Origin: an uncultured Verrucomicrobiae bacterium | GTDB taxonomy: Bacteria > Verrucomicrobiota > Verrucomicrobiia > Limisphaerales > Palsa-1400 | Reading direction: 5' to 3' | Length of the DNA stretch: 64,000 nucleotides | Assembly (NCBI GenBank): GCA_963707025.1 | Contig: CAVPOM010000014.1 | Location: 192,001 to 256,000 of the forward strand | In this document: one piece after another, positions 49,592-60,478 of the stretch | Layout of the letters: each line of letters starts with the position of its first letter | How positions within the stretch are numbered: position 1 is the stretch's first letter | Position numbers and translations under genes: made by a program | The notes under the pieces: model-generated | What the model was told of the DNA's origin: nothing | What the model saw: the letters and a program-made list of their open reading frames with translations, nothing else | Database searches by the model: none

Positions 49592-50353
49592 ATGCCACCT
49601 CTCCACATCGCTTTTCGCAACGGCCGCCAGGTGTTGACGGTCGGCAAGGTTCCTCTCGTCGTCGGCACTCTCTCCTCCCTGGCCCGCAAATTCCCGCCGC
49701 CGCGCCAGAAGGTTGACTGCGATGTGGTGGAGGTTCGACTGGACAAAACCGGGCCTCCGCCGGACTGGCTGGCCCGCTGCCGGGAGATCCAGGACCGGGG
49801 CTGGCCGGTGCTCCTGACCATCCGCCTCAAGGACGAAGGCGGGCAGTGGGATGAAGGGGATGCGCGACGGCTCCCCCTCTTCGGGCAGGGGTTGTATGAA
49901 CTGGCCGGCGCGGACGTGGAGTGGCGCAGCCATATCGTCCATCGCGTGGCCATATTGGCAAAACGCTTGCGCAAGATCTGTGTCATTTCCTATCACGATT
50001 TTAACAAAACGCCCCCGGCCGAAAAATTGGCCGCCATCATCATGGAAGCCCAGAAACTGGCCTCCATCGTCAAAATCTCCACCCGCCTAAACACTCCGGA
50101 TGACGAAGCAACCTTGCGCCTCTTGCTGGCCCACAAATGGAAAAGGCCGCTCTGCGTCATCGGCATGGGTCCGGCGTGGACCCGCACCCGGGTGTCGTTT
50201 CCCCAGCTCGGTTCGTGCCTGGCTTACGGCTATCTGGACAAGCCGACCGCCCCCGGGCAATTGTCCGCCGCCGAATTGACCCGCCAGCTTCGCGAACAAA
50301 AGCCGCCGGCTGTCAATACAGAGCCGTCAAAACCAGCGGGCGGACAAAGCTAA
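49592..50353 (+). CDS. aroD: Type I 3-dehydroquinate dehydratase
   Basis: VEVRLD, LLTIR...EGG, DVE, ISYHDF..TP, VKI, IGMG...TR, TAPGQ. Confidence 0.9.
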   Translation: MPPLHIAFRNGRQVLTVGKVPLVVGTLSSLARKFPPPRQKVDCDVVEVRLDKTGPPPDWLARCREIQDRGWPVLLTIRLKDEGGQWDEGDARRLPLFGQGLYELAGADVEWRSHIVHRVAILAKRLRKICVISYHDFNKTPPAEKLAAIIMEAQKLASIVKISTRLNTPDDEATLRLLLAHKWKRPLCVIGMGPAWTRTRVSFPQLGSCLAYGYLDKPTAPGQLSAAELTRQLREQKPPAVNTEPSKPAGGQS

Positions 50354-50441
50354 ATGGCGGGGTGGGTGCTGCGTGCCGCCACGCGCGGCCCGCGGCCATC
50401 GGGCGCGCGCGCTCCCCGCCAGCCGCAGAAAACCGGCCCCT

Positions 50442-51630
50442 TTACTTTCCCCGGAGGTTCCAATTCAAACGGTCCTTCTTCGCGTAATAGAGCAGGCCCG
50501 CCACCCGCATAACCACCGTCAGGGTGTAAAGAGAAAGAAACTCCGCGACAATGGGCGCCACCACCGGCATATCCACATTGTCACGCAGCCACCTGGCCGC
50601 CTCGCCCGAACTGAGCATCAGCAGCCCCAAAACCAAACAAGTCGCCACATATTCCAGGGGCACGCGCAGGATGGAAAGCAAAACCAACACCGGATTCAAC
50701 GCCACCAAGTTGTCGTAAATCGCCAGCGCCAGGAGAGCCATTGGCATATACACCAAGCCACCGATCAACAAAGTCCCGGCCAGCCACGCCTGATGAGGGT
50801 GGACAAACCAAACATAACAACAGCCCGGTCCCAGGCAGACCAGGAAAACCGCCAGAAGTTTCGAAAAATGGATAGAAACCGCTTTCCACCCACCCGTCGT
50901 ACTCCGGCCAGTCGGGCATTTCCTCATCGCCCTGCGCGGTGGTCGCAATAATGGTTTTCAAGAACGAGAAAAGATAGCCGACGCAAAAAATGGCGATCGC
51001 CAAACCGATAAGAATGCCTATCCCAAATGGGGCAAAGAGCGCCACTCTTTGCATGAAATTCAGCATGACAAAGAAAATCGCTCCTCCCAGCAGCAAAACC
51101 AGGCCGCTGCGCCGGAAGGGAAAGACAAACGCGCCGGGAATGGCCGCGAAAAAACTCTGCGGCCGGCGGCCGGACGGCTTCGCTCCCACGCGAATCCGCG
51201 GCGCGGCCGCGGAGGCCGTTGCGCCTGGCATGGGCGGCGGCAACGGCACATCGGCGGAAGCCGTGCTGAACGCCGTCGCGGCGGGCGGCTCCAGCAGCAG
51301 CGCGCCTCTGGCCGGAACCGCGCCGGGCGCCGGCCAGGGTGCGTTTTCCAGTGTGAAGACTATCTCCACCTCGCCGAGTCGGAGGATTTGCCCGCGTTGC
51401 CAGGGACTTTCCCGCACCGGCGTTCCATCGAGCAGGGTTCCATTGGTCGAGCCGAGGTCTTTCCCCATCCAGGCCCCGTCCTTCGCCATGATTTCGCAAT
51501 GCGCTCCGGAAACAGAGGGATGGCTGATTTGAAAGTCGGTATTGAGCGACCGGCCGAACCGGTTGACGCCGGGCTTGAGTTCTATCTCCCATGCTGGCGC
51601 TCCCGGGACGTTGATGCTAAGCTTGTCCAT
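50442..51630 (-). CDS. FHA-domain multi-pass membrane protein (DUF4013-like), +1 frameshift near 50865
   Basis: FGR...HPSVSGAHC...KDLGSTNGT FHA motifs; TMs continue after MPDWP in the 50442..50948 frame. Confidence 0.8.
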
Positions 51631-51710
51631 GACCAACGGGTTTGAAGGGATGGTCCTGGATTACATCCGCAAAGTCAATCCGGCTTTTTCAGGCCGAAGG
51701 AAAGGAAATT

Positions 51711-52046
51711 ATGTCTGATCTGGCGCAAAAAGAATGTGTCCCGTGCCAAGGCGGCGCGCCGCCGTTAAAGGCCGGTGATTTGGCGCGGCTCTCCGGCCAA
51801 CTGGCCGCCGGCTGGCGCGTGGTGAATGAACACCATCTCGAACGCGAATTCAAATTCCCCGACTTCCGCCAGGCCCTGGCCTTCACCAACCGGGCCGGCC
51901 AACTGGCCGAATCCCAAAATCATCACCCCGACATTTACCTGGCCTGGGGCAAGGTCAAACTGACCCTCTGGACGCACAAAATTGACGGCCTGACCGAGAG
52001 CGATTTTGTCTTCGCGGCCAAGGTGGACCAATTGCCGGTTGCTTGA
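51711..52046 (+). CDS. phhB: Pterin-4-alpha-carbinolamine dehydratase
   Basis: CVPC.GG, NHHPDI, WTHKIDGLTESDF..AAK. Confidence 0.93.
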   Translation: MSDLAQKECVPCQGGAPPLKAGDLARLSGQLAAGWRVVNEHHLEREFKFPDFRQALAFTNRAGQLAESQNHHPDIYLAWGKVKLTLWTHKIDGLTESDFVFAAKVDQLPVA

Positions 52047-52113
52047 CACCTCTTCGTTTCCGAATTCGCCGGTCTCCGCCAGGGCGGCGCGCTCTTCCCG
52101 CCGTGAATCGCGG

Positions 52114-52794
52114 CTACCGGTCCTGCAAACTATGCACCCATTGGATGGCCTGCTGAAGGAGCTGGGTGCCGTCCGTCAATTTCAATTTTTCCTTGATGCG
52201 GGCGCGGTAGGACTCGACCGTCTTGATGCCGAGGTGGAGTTCCTCCGCGATGCGACGGGTCCCCTGCCCCCGCCCAATCAGTTGGAACACCTCCAGTTCC
52301 CGGTCGGTCAGGCGTTCCACGGGGGAACCGGCCTCCGGGTGGCGGCCCAGCACCAATTTGTGCAACATGCGGGTCGCCATTTTTTCGCTCACGTAAATCT
52401 GCCCGCTCAAGACCTGGCGGATGGCAAAAAGAATTTTTTTGGTGGCTTCCTGCTTGGTGATGTAGCCCTTGGCCCCGGCCCGCAAGACCCGCTCGGCGTA
52501 AAGCGACTCATCGTGCATCGAGAGCACCAGCACCGGCAGCGACGGCAAACGCACCTGCAGGTCCTTGACCAGCTCCAGCCCGTGCGTGGTCTTGAGGGAA
52601 ATGTCGGCGATGACAATGTCCGGGTGGCTTAGTTCGATCTTGGTCACCGCCTCGTGCGCGTCCTCGGCCTCGCCGCACACCTCCATGTCGTTTTCACGTT
52701 GGATCAACTGGCTGAGCAACTCGCGCACCAGCGGGTGGTCATCAACCAGAAACACCTTGGTCTTGGTCTGGTCAGGCTTGGTTCGATTGGACAT
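52114..52794 (-). CDS. NarL/LuxR-family response regulator
   Basis: LVDDHP, ADISL, LSMH, GYITK, LTDRELEVF...IA..L...IKTVE. Confidence 0.95.
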   Translation of the reverse strand: MSNRTKPDQTKTKVFLVDDHPLVRELLSQLIQRENDMEVCGEAEDAHEAVTKIELSHPDIVIADISLKTTHGLELVKDLQVRLPSLPVLVLSMHDESLYAERVLRAGAKGYITKQEATKKILFAIRQVLSGQIYVSEKMATRMLHKLVLGRHPEAGSPVERLTDRELEVFQLIGRGQGTRRIAEELHLGIKTVESYRARIKEKLKLTDGTQLLQQAIQWVHSLQDR

Positions 52795-54378
52795 GTTCGT
52801 GCTCTCGTGCTGCTGCATTGGGGAAGGAGCAAATAACAATCGTGCCGCCGCCCGCGCCCCGGCGAATGTCCAGCGAGGCCCCGATCATGCCGGCGCGGTA
52901 ATTCATGATGCTCAGGCCCATGCCGCCCTTGTTCTCCACCGAGTCCGGAAAACCCACCCCGTCGTCCTTCACCGTCAGCGTCACCTCCTCCTCCACCGCC
53001 CCCAATCCGACGGAAATGGTGGCGCAGCCGCCATGTTTGACAGCATTGTTGATCGCCTCCTGCGCGATGCGGTATAAATTGCTGCCCGCCACTTCGTCAA
53101 AGATGCAGACCTCCTCATCGCAGGAAAAGCGGCAGGTGATGCCGGTGCGGGCCTGCACGCTGGCCGCCAGCTCCTCCAGGGCCGAAGCCAGGCCGTCCAC
53201 CTCCAGCCGCACCGGGTAAAGCCCGCGGGCCAGATTGCGCGCCTGGGAAATGCCTTCGTTGACCATTTCCACAATGGCCTCGGCTTGGGTTGCTTCGGGG
53301 CAAGCTGCCGGGCCAGATTCTCCCGCAACAATTCGCCCGCAAAGGCCACGCTCACCAAATGCTGGCACAGGCTGTCGTGCAAATCCTGCCCGATGCGCCG
53401 CTGCTCGCGGTCACTGATGCCGGTGATTTGCTTTTCCATCAGCTTACGCGAAGTCAGGTCGGAAAGCACCACCACGCCCCCCTGCACCTTGCCATGTTCG
53501 TCTATCAGCGGCCGGCCCGTCGCCAGCAGCCAGATGCCGTCCCCGCCGGTGGCGTCGCGCAAAAATATCTCCGCCCCGTTGATCTCCTCCCCCAGGATGG
53601 CGCGCAAGAGCGGATGTTCGCCGCCGCGATCCGCCGGCGTGTCCGGCCCATGCGCCTGGAATTGTTCCAGCCACTGGGACGGCGGGATTTCCCCCAGGCC
53701 GGTTCGCACCAGCCGTGCCGCCGCGGGATTGAACAGGATGATATCTCCCCGGGCATCCGCCACCATCACCCCGTCGCCCATGCTGTTGAGGATGGATTGC
53801 AAAATGCCGCGCTGTTGGCGCAAGGCGCTTTCCGATTGGACCAATTGAGTGGCGCGCTGTTCGGCGGCCGCGCTCCGTTCCGCCACGCGCTGCTCCAAAG
53901 TCTCGTTGAGCAATTTCAGGTTCGCCTCCGCCCGTCTCCGTTCCGCCACTTCGTTCTGCAACGCGCTGTTGGCCTGCCCCAGCTCCAGCGTCCGCTCCTT
54001 CACCCGCGTTTCCAGCCCTTCGTGCGCGCGGCGCAACGCCTCCTCCACCCGCTTGCGTTCCGCCACCTCCGCCATGAGGATGGCCGAGACGGCGAAAACC
54101 ATGAACCTCATGGCCGCGCCCCAAAACAGAGTCCAGGGCCTGTCCACGGTGGTGGCAATCATAATCTTCGCCGTATACCAAGCCGCCGCCGAGGCCAAGG
54201 CAATGATCAATCCAGGCCCGCGTCCGGAGAACCACGCCACAAAGCAGATGGGGACAAGATAGAAAACCAGCAGCGCGACCGGGCCGATGACGTAATCCAT
54301 CGCCCCGATGTACGCGACCACGATCAAGCCCAGGACGACGAACGTGGTGTGCGATTTTCGACTTAGGGTACTCAACAA
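52772..54378 (-). CDS. Membrane PAS sensor histidine kinase (HisKA_3), frameshift near 53295
   Basis: 4 TMs, coiled coil, PAS (ILNSMGDGV...FNPAA), EQRRIGQDLHD, then YRIAQEAINNAVKH, DDGVG, GMGL in a shifted frame. Confidence 0.85.
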
Positions 54379-54495
54379 CTTTCACGCCCCCACAATATAC
54401 AACCGCCCCGGATTGTGGAAAGCTTAAAATCCACACGTTCCGGGGAACTCCCGCCCGATTGGAAAGGCGAAATCACCCTCACAGAAAGATAGTGC

Positions 54496-55050
54496 CTACC
54501 GCTCGCCTGCTCGAAACACCACCATACCCAGCACGGCAACGAACAATCCAAACGCCATGCGCAGGCCGCTGCCGATGCGCGTGCGCTGCTCGCTGGCCGT
54601 GAACCAATTCAGCAAATCCCGCATCCGCCACGGCCAGGCCGTGAACCAGATCCCGGCCAGCACCAGCGCGTAGGCCCACACCGCAATCACCAGCCGCCAC
54701 TCGCTGTCGGCCCATCGTTGCGTATCCAGCATCAACTTGGCCAGCAGCAACATCACCACCGCCAGGCCCCGCGCCGCCAGAAAATCCTTCACATACACGC
54801 ACGTCCCCACGCCCACCCCGGCGAACAGCACGTAAAGGTAAGGTTTCATCGCCTCGAAATCGGCCAGCGATTCGCCCTGCACGTTCCAGATGAACCACCC
54901 CGTCCCCAGCAGCATGAAGACATAGCCCAGCGGGAGCGAGCGCGGCAGTTTGCGCGCCGCCGCCGCGAACTCCGCCGGCTTGAGCAAGCCGAACAAATTC
55001 AGCGCCGCCATTCCCAGTCCCAGACAAATTGATAATGTGGACAGTTTCAT
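54496..55050 (-). CDS. Hypothetical multi-pass membrane protein
   Basis: About 6 hydrophobic segments, PWRMRD motif. Confidence 0.75.
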   Translation of the reverse strand: MKLSTLSICLGLGMAALNLFGLLKPAEFAAAARKLPRSLPLGYVFMLLGTGWFIWNVQGESLADFEAMKPYLYVLFAGVGVGTCVYVKDFLAARGLAVVMLLLAKLMLDTQRWADSEWRLVIAVWAYALVLAGIWFTAWPWRMRDLLNWFTASEQRTRIGSGLRMAFGLFVAVLGMVVFRAGER

Positions 55051-55101
55051 GCGCAATGTCGCCGCGCAAACGAACACAAAAACCCCGCCGAAGCAACTTC
55101 T

Positions 55102-55186
55102 AAATGCAAAATGAAAAATGCAGAATCAGGAATCCGTTCCAGCCGCCCATATATTTATTCATTTTGTATTTTGCATTTTGCATTCA
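55102..55186. repeat. Inverted heptamer-repeat element (AAATGCA)n ... (TGCATTT)n
   Basis: aaatgcaaaatgaaaaatgcagaat ... attcattttgtattttgcattttgcattc. Confidence 0.75.
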
Positions 55187-56537
55187 AAACCCCATAAAGC
55201 GTGAACGACCCCGCCCGCTCGATTTGCAATTCCACCAACTCCCCGCGCCGCTCCTCCCCGCCCTCGAAAACCACAATGCGGTTGCAGCGCGTGCGGCCCA
55301 TTTGCCGCGCGGCGTTTCTTCGGCTCGGCCCTTCCACCAGCACCTCCATGCTTTGTCCCACGTGCGCCCTGTAGCGCCGCGCGCTGATTTCATTGACCAA
55401 GGCCAGCAGCCGCGCGTTCCGCTCCTCCTTCACCGCCTGCGGCACCTGGCCGGGCAGCGCCGCCGCCGGAGTGTCCTTCCGCGGCGAATACTTGAAGAGA
55501 TAGCCGTTGTCGAATTCCGCCACCCGCGCCAGCGACAGCGTCTCCTCGAAATCCGCCTCCGTTTCCCCCGGAAATCCGACAATGATATCCGTGGTGATGC
55601 CGATGCGCGGCTGCACCCGCCGCAATTTCTCGACAATGCCCAGGAACCGCTCCCGCGTGTAGCCGCGGTGCATCAACTTCAAGATGCGGTCGCTCCCGCT
55701 CTGCGCCGGCAGATGCGCGCTCTCGCACAGTTTGGGCAGCCGCCCGTAAGCCTCCACCAAATCATCCCCGTAGCCTTTCGGATGCGGCGAAGTGAACCGG
55801 ATGCGCTCCAGCCCCTCCACCTCATTAACCGCCTCCAGCAATTGCACAAAACCGGATTTCCCGTCCCGCACCGCAATTTCGCGCTTGCCGTAGCTGGTCA
55901 CGATTTGCCCTAGCAGCGTGATTTCCTTCACCCCGCCCTGCACCAATTGCCGGCACTCCGCCACGATCTCCGGGATCGTCCGGCTCCGCTCCTCCCCGCG
56001 CGTGTAAGGCACGATGCAAAAGGTGCAATACTGATTGCAACCCTGCATGATGCTGACAAACGCCGTCACCGGCCGCGCCGCCGCGCCGTTCCCTGCCCCG
56101 GGGCCACGTGGCAAATGCTCCTTGATCGTCGCCTCGCTCCCCGCCTCCTCCTCCACGTCCACGATCTTGTCGCGCCGTCCGGCCAGGATTTCGTCCAGAT
56201 AATCCGCCGTGCGATGAAATTTTTGCGTGCCAATCACCAGATCCACATCCGGCAATTGCTCCATCAACCGCGCGCCCCGGCTTTGCGCCATGCAACCCAG
56301 GAAACCCAGCACCACTTCCGGCCGGCGCCGCCTGGCCGCCGCCGCGACCGACTGCATCTTGCCGATGGCCTTTTGTTCCGCCATGTCGCGCACGCTGCAC
56401 GTATTGAGCAAAATCACATCCGCCAGCGCCTCGCTGGGCGCCAGCGAATATCCCCTGGCCGCGAATTGCGCCGCGACCGCCTCGGTGTCGCGCTCATTCA
56501 TCTGGCAGCCATACGTTTTGATATAAACACTCGGCAT
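55155..56537 (-). CDS. miaB: tRNA-2-methylthio-N6-dimethylallyladenosine synthase
   Basis: KTYGCQMN, NTCSVR..AE.K, GCMAQ, CNQYCTFC, RIRFTSPHP, QSGS, TRAM domain. Confidence 0.95.
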   Translation of the reverse strand: MPSVYIKTYGCQMNERDTEAVAAQFAARGYSLAPSEALADVILLNTCSVRDMAEQKAIGKMQSVAAAARRRRPEVVLGFLGCMAQSRGARLMEQLPDVDLVIGTQKFHRTADYLDEILAGRRDKIVDVEEEAGSEATIKEHLPRGPGAGNGAAARPVTAFVSIMQGCNQYCTFCIVPYTRGEERSRTIPEIVAECRQLVQGGVKEITLLGQIVTSYGKREIAVRDGKSGFVQLLEAVNEVEGLERIRFTSPHPKGYGDDLVEAYGRLPKLCESAHLPAQSGSDRILKLMHRGYTRERFLGIVEKLRRVQPRIGITTDIIVGFPGETEADFEETLSLARVAEFDNGYLFKYSPRKDTPAAALPGQVPQAVKEERNARLLALVNEISARRYRAHVGQSMEVLVEGPSRRNAARQMGRTRCNRIVVFEGGEERRGELVELQIERAGSFTLYGVLNAKCKIQNE

Positions 56538-56585
56538 GATCCGCCATTTCGGTTTGTCCATTGCCCGTTTCCTGTGCAAAATCCG

Positions 56586-57710
56586 CTATTCCCTCATCTG
56601 TGCCGCGTCCAGTCCCACGCTTCGGCACCACTGCCGGTAAGCCGCCGGCGCGATTTCCGACGGCTTGATTTCACTGCGTCCGCCCCAGAATACATTGGTG
56701 TAACTCACCTCGATTCCGCAGTCCCGCAAATGCCGGTCAATCGCCGCCTTGTGCGCCAGCAGGGCCGCTTTCTCCAGGCCGTGCGCCACCCCCATCACAT
56801 TGACGTTGTGAAATTCCGGGCCGCCTTCCCGCCAATAAGCGTGCGTCATGATGTAATGCCGCCCCACTTCCCGCCCCGCTTCGATCTCCCGCCCGGCCGG
56901 CACCGCCCAATGAAACAGCCCGTTGAAGCGCGTCACCCGCTCGCCGTCCTTGAGCGGCTTGACATGTTCCAGAAACGTCGAAAATCGCCCGATGATTTTG
57001 CGCCGGTCCAAATCCTCCGCGATTTCATAAAACCGTTCCAGCGGCAAACCCGTTTCCTCCGCCCGCACCCGCCACAAATCGCGCAAAATCTCCTCCGCCG
57101 CGAATTCCCGTTTCAATGCTGTCAACACCACCCATTCCAGGTCCGTGAGCTGCGCGATGGCCACGTCCGTGACCTCCGCCGGTGTCTCCGCTTTCGCCCC
57201 CGCCTCCAGGCCCCGCCGCCGGATATGTCCCACCCCCAGCGCAAAGAGCCGCTTGGCCGGCATGAGGCGGAAATGTTCCGCCCCGGTTTCCCGCGCCAGA
57301 AAATCGCAATGTTTGCGCAGCGAAAAACCCTGCGGCACTTTCAGCGTCGTCCAGAGCTTGTAATTGGATCCCGCGGTCGCCGTGTCGGTTGAGCGCAGCA
57401 CCACATGACCGGAGAACGGGTCCTTCTGGAACATGTAATCAAACGCGCCCTCCAGCTTTTCCGCCGGCACCTGCCACGCCGCCAGCGAGCCTTGGGCCAG
57501 ATTGGTCGCCAGCAACGTTTGCCGCGCGCGGCGGATGGTGCCGGCCTCCAGCATGGCGCGCAGGCGCTGGATCACCATCCCCGCACCCACCCCGCTTTGC
57601 CGGACGATTTCCCCCACCGGATCGCGTTGAAACCCCTGCAACTTGTCCTCCGAAACCGCCAGAATGCGCGCATTGACCGGATCGCTGATTTCAAACGGTG
57701 CCTTTTCCAT
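56586..57710 (-). CDS. Tandem Lrp/AsnC-fold protein, probably a fused siroheme decarboxylase (AhbA/AhbB, NirDL-like)
   Basis: Two HTH+RAM halves; LAAWQVP...GHVVLR and FHWAVP...THAYWR (HxxxR motifs). Confidence 0.7.
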   Translation of the reverse strand: MEKAPFEISDPVNARILAVSEDKLQGFQRDPVGEIVRQSGVGAGMVIQRLRAMLEAGTIRRARQTLLATNLAQGSLAAWQVPAEKLEGAFDYMFQKDPFSGHVVLRSTDTATAGSNYKLWTTLKVPQGFSLRKHCDFLARETGAEHFRLMPAKRLFALGVGHIRRRGLEAGAKAETPAEVTDVAIAQLTDLEWVVLTALKREFAAEEILRDLWRVRAEETGLPLERFYEIAEDLDRRKIIGRFSTFLEHVKPLKDGERVTRFNGLFHWAVPAGREIEAGREVGRHYIMTHAYWREGGPEFHNVNVMGVAHGLEKAALLAHKAAIDRHLRDCGIEVSYTNVFWGGRSEIKPSEIAPAAYRQWCRSVGLDAAQMRE

Positions 57711-57723
57711 GCCACTTGCCTCC

Positions 57724-58620
57724 TCACGCCACGAGGCGCTGCAAAATCGCCTTTTGGCAATGGAGCCGGTTTTCCGCCTCTTCAAATATAGTGGAGGCAT
57801 GGGCCTCGAAAGTTGGCTCGTCAATTTCCTTCCCGCGATACGCCGGCAGGCAGTGCATCACCAGCGCCCCGGGCCGGGCCAGCTTCACCACGCTGCCGTT
57901 GATTTGATAACCCGCCAATTCCCGCAAACGATCCGCCGCTTCCGCCTCCTTCCCCATTGAAACCCAGACATCCGTGTAAAGCAAATCCGCCCCCCGCGCC
58001 GCCTCCCGCACGTCCTCGGTGCAAACCACCCGGCCCCCCGCCCGGCGCAAGACCTCCGCTCCCGGCTGATATTTTTTCGGCGCCGCGATGCGCAATTCAA
58101 ATTCCAGTTTCGCCGCCGCAAAAATCCAGGACGCCGGCACATTGCAGGCCCCGTCCCCAATGAACGCCACCACCCTGCCCTGGATCGCACCGCGCTTTTC
58201 CTGGAAGGTGAAAATATCCGTCAAGATCTGGCAGGGATGCTCCTCATCGGTCAGGGCGTTGACCGTCGGAACCCCCGCATACTCGGCGAACTCCTCCACG
58301 TCCTTCTGCGCATAAGTGCGAATGACCGCGCCATGAATCATCCGCCCCAAAACCCGCGCCGTGTCCTTGATCGGTTCGCCCCGCCCCAGTTGGATTTCCG
58401 CCGCGCTCAGAAACATCACCTGGCCGCCCAGTTCCCGGATGCCCACCTCAAAGGAAACGCGGGTGCGCGTGGAAGATTTGGCAAACATCAGCGCCCAGGT
58501 CTGCCCGCGCAGCGGCTGGGTGGCATGATGGCCGCGCTCTTTCTTCATCGCCGCGCTCCCCGCCAGGATGCCTTCCATGTCAGACCGCGACAATTTTTCC
58601 AGACTCAATAAGTTCTTCAT
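57724..58620 (-). CDS. argF: Ornithine carbamoyltransferase
   Basis: SSTRTRVSF, HPCQ, YTDVWVSMG, HCLP, AENR. Confidence 0.97.
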   Translation of the reverse strand: MKNLLSLEKLSRSDMEGILAGSAAMKKERGHHATQPLRGQTWALMFAKSSTRTRVSFEVGIRELGGQVMFLSAAEIQLGRGEPIKDTARVLGRMIHGAVIRTYAQKDVEEFAEYAGVPTVNALTDEEHPCQILTDIFTFQEKRGAIQGRVVAFIGDGACNVPASWIFAAAKLEFELRIAAPKKYQPGAEVLRRAGGRVVCTEDVREAARGADLLYTDVWVSMGKEAEAADRLRELAGYQINGSVVKLARPGALVMHCLPAYRGKEIDEPTFEAHASTIFEEAENRLHCQKAILQRLVA

Positions 58621-59912
58621 GGGGATATCCTCGCCACCACCGATTCAATCATGCCAATGCCCTCCGCCGCTTCCTCCCGCCGCAAATTCAGCGCGGGCAG
58701 AAATCGGATGACCTGCGTGCCCGACGGCACCGCCAAGGCGCCCGCCGCGTGCAGACAATTGATGAACTGGACCGCCGGGGATTTTTCACTCCCCGCGAAG
58801 GCCGGGATTTTCGCCGCCAATTCCATCCCCATCATCAGCCCAAGCCCGCGCACCTGCTGGATGACCGCCGGATATTTCGCCGCAATGCGCCGCAATTCTC
58901 CTTTGAACCAGCCGCCCGTCTCCCGCGCATTGTCGGCCAGATGATCCCGCCCGATGACCTCCAGAATCTTCAGCGCCACCGCGCAGGCCAGCGGCGAACC
59001 TCCGTAAGTCGTGCCGTGCGAGCCGGCGTCCAGCAAATCCGCGTACGCCTCCCGCACCCAGAATGCCCCCATCGGAAAACCGCCGCCCAGCGACTTGGCC
59101 ATGGCAATTCCATCGGGCAGAAATGCCGCCGCCGCCGCCTCTCCTGTTTTCTCCTCCAGGATGCGCTGAAAACTCTGAAACCGTCCGGTGCGAAAATGCC
59201 CGCACTGCACCCCGTCCATCAGCAGCAGCAACCTCTTCTCATCGCACAATCGCCGCAGCCCCAGCAAATACTCCGCCTCGGCCGGGACGACGCCGATTTC
59301 CCCCTGCACGCCCTCCACCAGAATGGCCGCCGTGGCGGGCGACAAGGCGGCCCGCGCGGCGGCCGCGTCATTGAACGGAATTTGCCGGAAACCGGCCACC
59401 ATCGGCCCGAATCCTTTCTTGACCTTGGCCTGCCCGCTGGCGGCGATGCCCGCCAGGGTCCGCCCGTGAAAGGAATTCTGCGCGGTCAGTATTTCAAAAC
59501 GGCCTTCCTCGTGGCCAAAGCGCCGCGCCAGTTTGAAAAGGCCCTCATTGGCCTCGGCCCCGCTGTTGCAAAAGAAAACCTTGCCCGGCCCGATCAGGCC
59601 CACCAGTGCTTGCGCCAGCCGGCCCTGCTCCTCGTGATAATAAAGATTGGAAACATGCCCGAGCTGGCGCGATTGCTCGACCAGCGCCTGCGTGATCTCC
59701 GCATGGGCGTGCCCCAGCGCGCAGACCGCGATGCCGCCGCCCAAATCCAGGTATCGTTTCCCGTTCACGTCCCACACCTGCGAGCCTTCGCCCCGTTTCA
59801 ATACGACCTCGAAACGGGCATACGTGGGAACCACGTTCTTGCGGAAAAGTTCCTGAATCGCTTGCACTTCGTTGCGGACCACTGCCGGTGGCGCGGGGAT
59901 AATATCTCTCAT
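58617..59912 (-). CDS. argD: Acetylornithine aminotransferase (class III PLP)
   Basis: FFCNSGAEANE, SFHGRT, D.VQCG, MAKSLGGGFP, HGTTYGG; arg operon context. Confidence 0.92.
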   Translation of the reverse strand: MRDIIPAPPAVVRNEVQAIQELFRKNVVPTYARFEVVLKRGEGSQVWDVNGKRYLDLGGGIAVCALGHAHAEITQALVEQSRQLGHVSNLYYHEEQGRLAQALVGLIGPGKVFFCNSGAEANEGLFKLARRFGHEEGRFEILTAQNSFHGRTLAGIAASGQAKVKKGFGPMVAGFRQIPFNDAAAARAALSPATAAILVEGVQGEIGVVPAEAEYLLGLRRLCDEKRLLLLMDGVQCGHFRTGRFQSFQRILEEKTGEAAAAAFLPDGIAMAKSLGGGFPMGAFWVREAYADLLDAGSHGTTYGGSPLACAVALKILEVIGRDHLADNARETGGWFKGELRRIAAKYPAVIQQVRGLGLMMGMELAAKIPAFAGSEKSPAVQFINCLHAAGALAVPSGTQVIRFLPALNLRREEAAEGIGMIESVVARISP

Positions 59913-60478
59913 CTTTCCGCCTTGAGTCCGTCCCACGTTTCGAGATAGAGCTTCTGAACCGCCGCATCAACCGCCAGATCGCGCGGCAATTTCCGCCGTT
60001 GGATAATTTCAACCACATCCGCCTTGTCCTTCAACCGGCGCAACGGCGAATTGGCCCAACTGTCCAATTTCAGCGAGATCAACTTTTCCAGCCCCACAAT
60101 TTGCAATAGATCGCTCGCCACCGTCGGCAGCGGAAAAGGCACCTGGCAGCCCTGCTTCAGCACCTTGCCCGCCTGCAGCAAATCAATCATCGTCTCCGTG
60201 CGCCGGTCTTGGATTCTATCTTCAATGCCGTCCCGAAGGCGGAAGAGCGGCCCGGTCACATCCGCCGTGAGGATTTCCAGCGCGTCCAGCACATCAGGGA
60301 CCACGATATCCACATCAATCGTCACGCGCGGATAACCGTGCTCCTGCACCGCGATGCCGCCGACAATCAGATGCGGTATGAGATGGTCCGCCAGCCGGCC
60401 GGCCGCCAGACGCGCCGTCTCGACGACGCCGGAAGTTCCGGTGCCTTCGCGCAAAACATAAGCATCATGGTCAGTCAT
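59909..60478 (-). CDS. Pol-beta-superfamily nucleotidyltransferase (AbiEii/MNT-like), function unknown
   Basis: IVGGIAV..HGYPR.T.DVDIVV, IDLL, LEKLISLKL, R.KD.AD; alternative start at 60496. Confidence 0.8.
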   Translation of the reverse strand: MTDHDAYVLREGTGTSGVVETARLAAGRLADHLIPHLIVGGIAVQEHGYPRVTIDVDIVVPDVLDALEILTADVTGPLFRLRDGIEDRIQDRRTETMIDLLQAGKVLKQGCQVPFPLPTVASDLLQIVGLEKLISLKLDSWANSPLRRLKDKADVVEIIQRRKLPRDLAVDAAVQKLYLETWDGLKAER

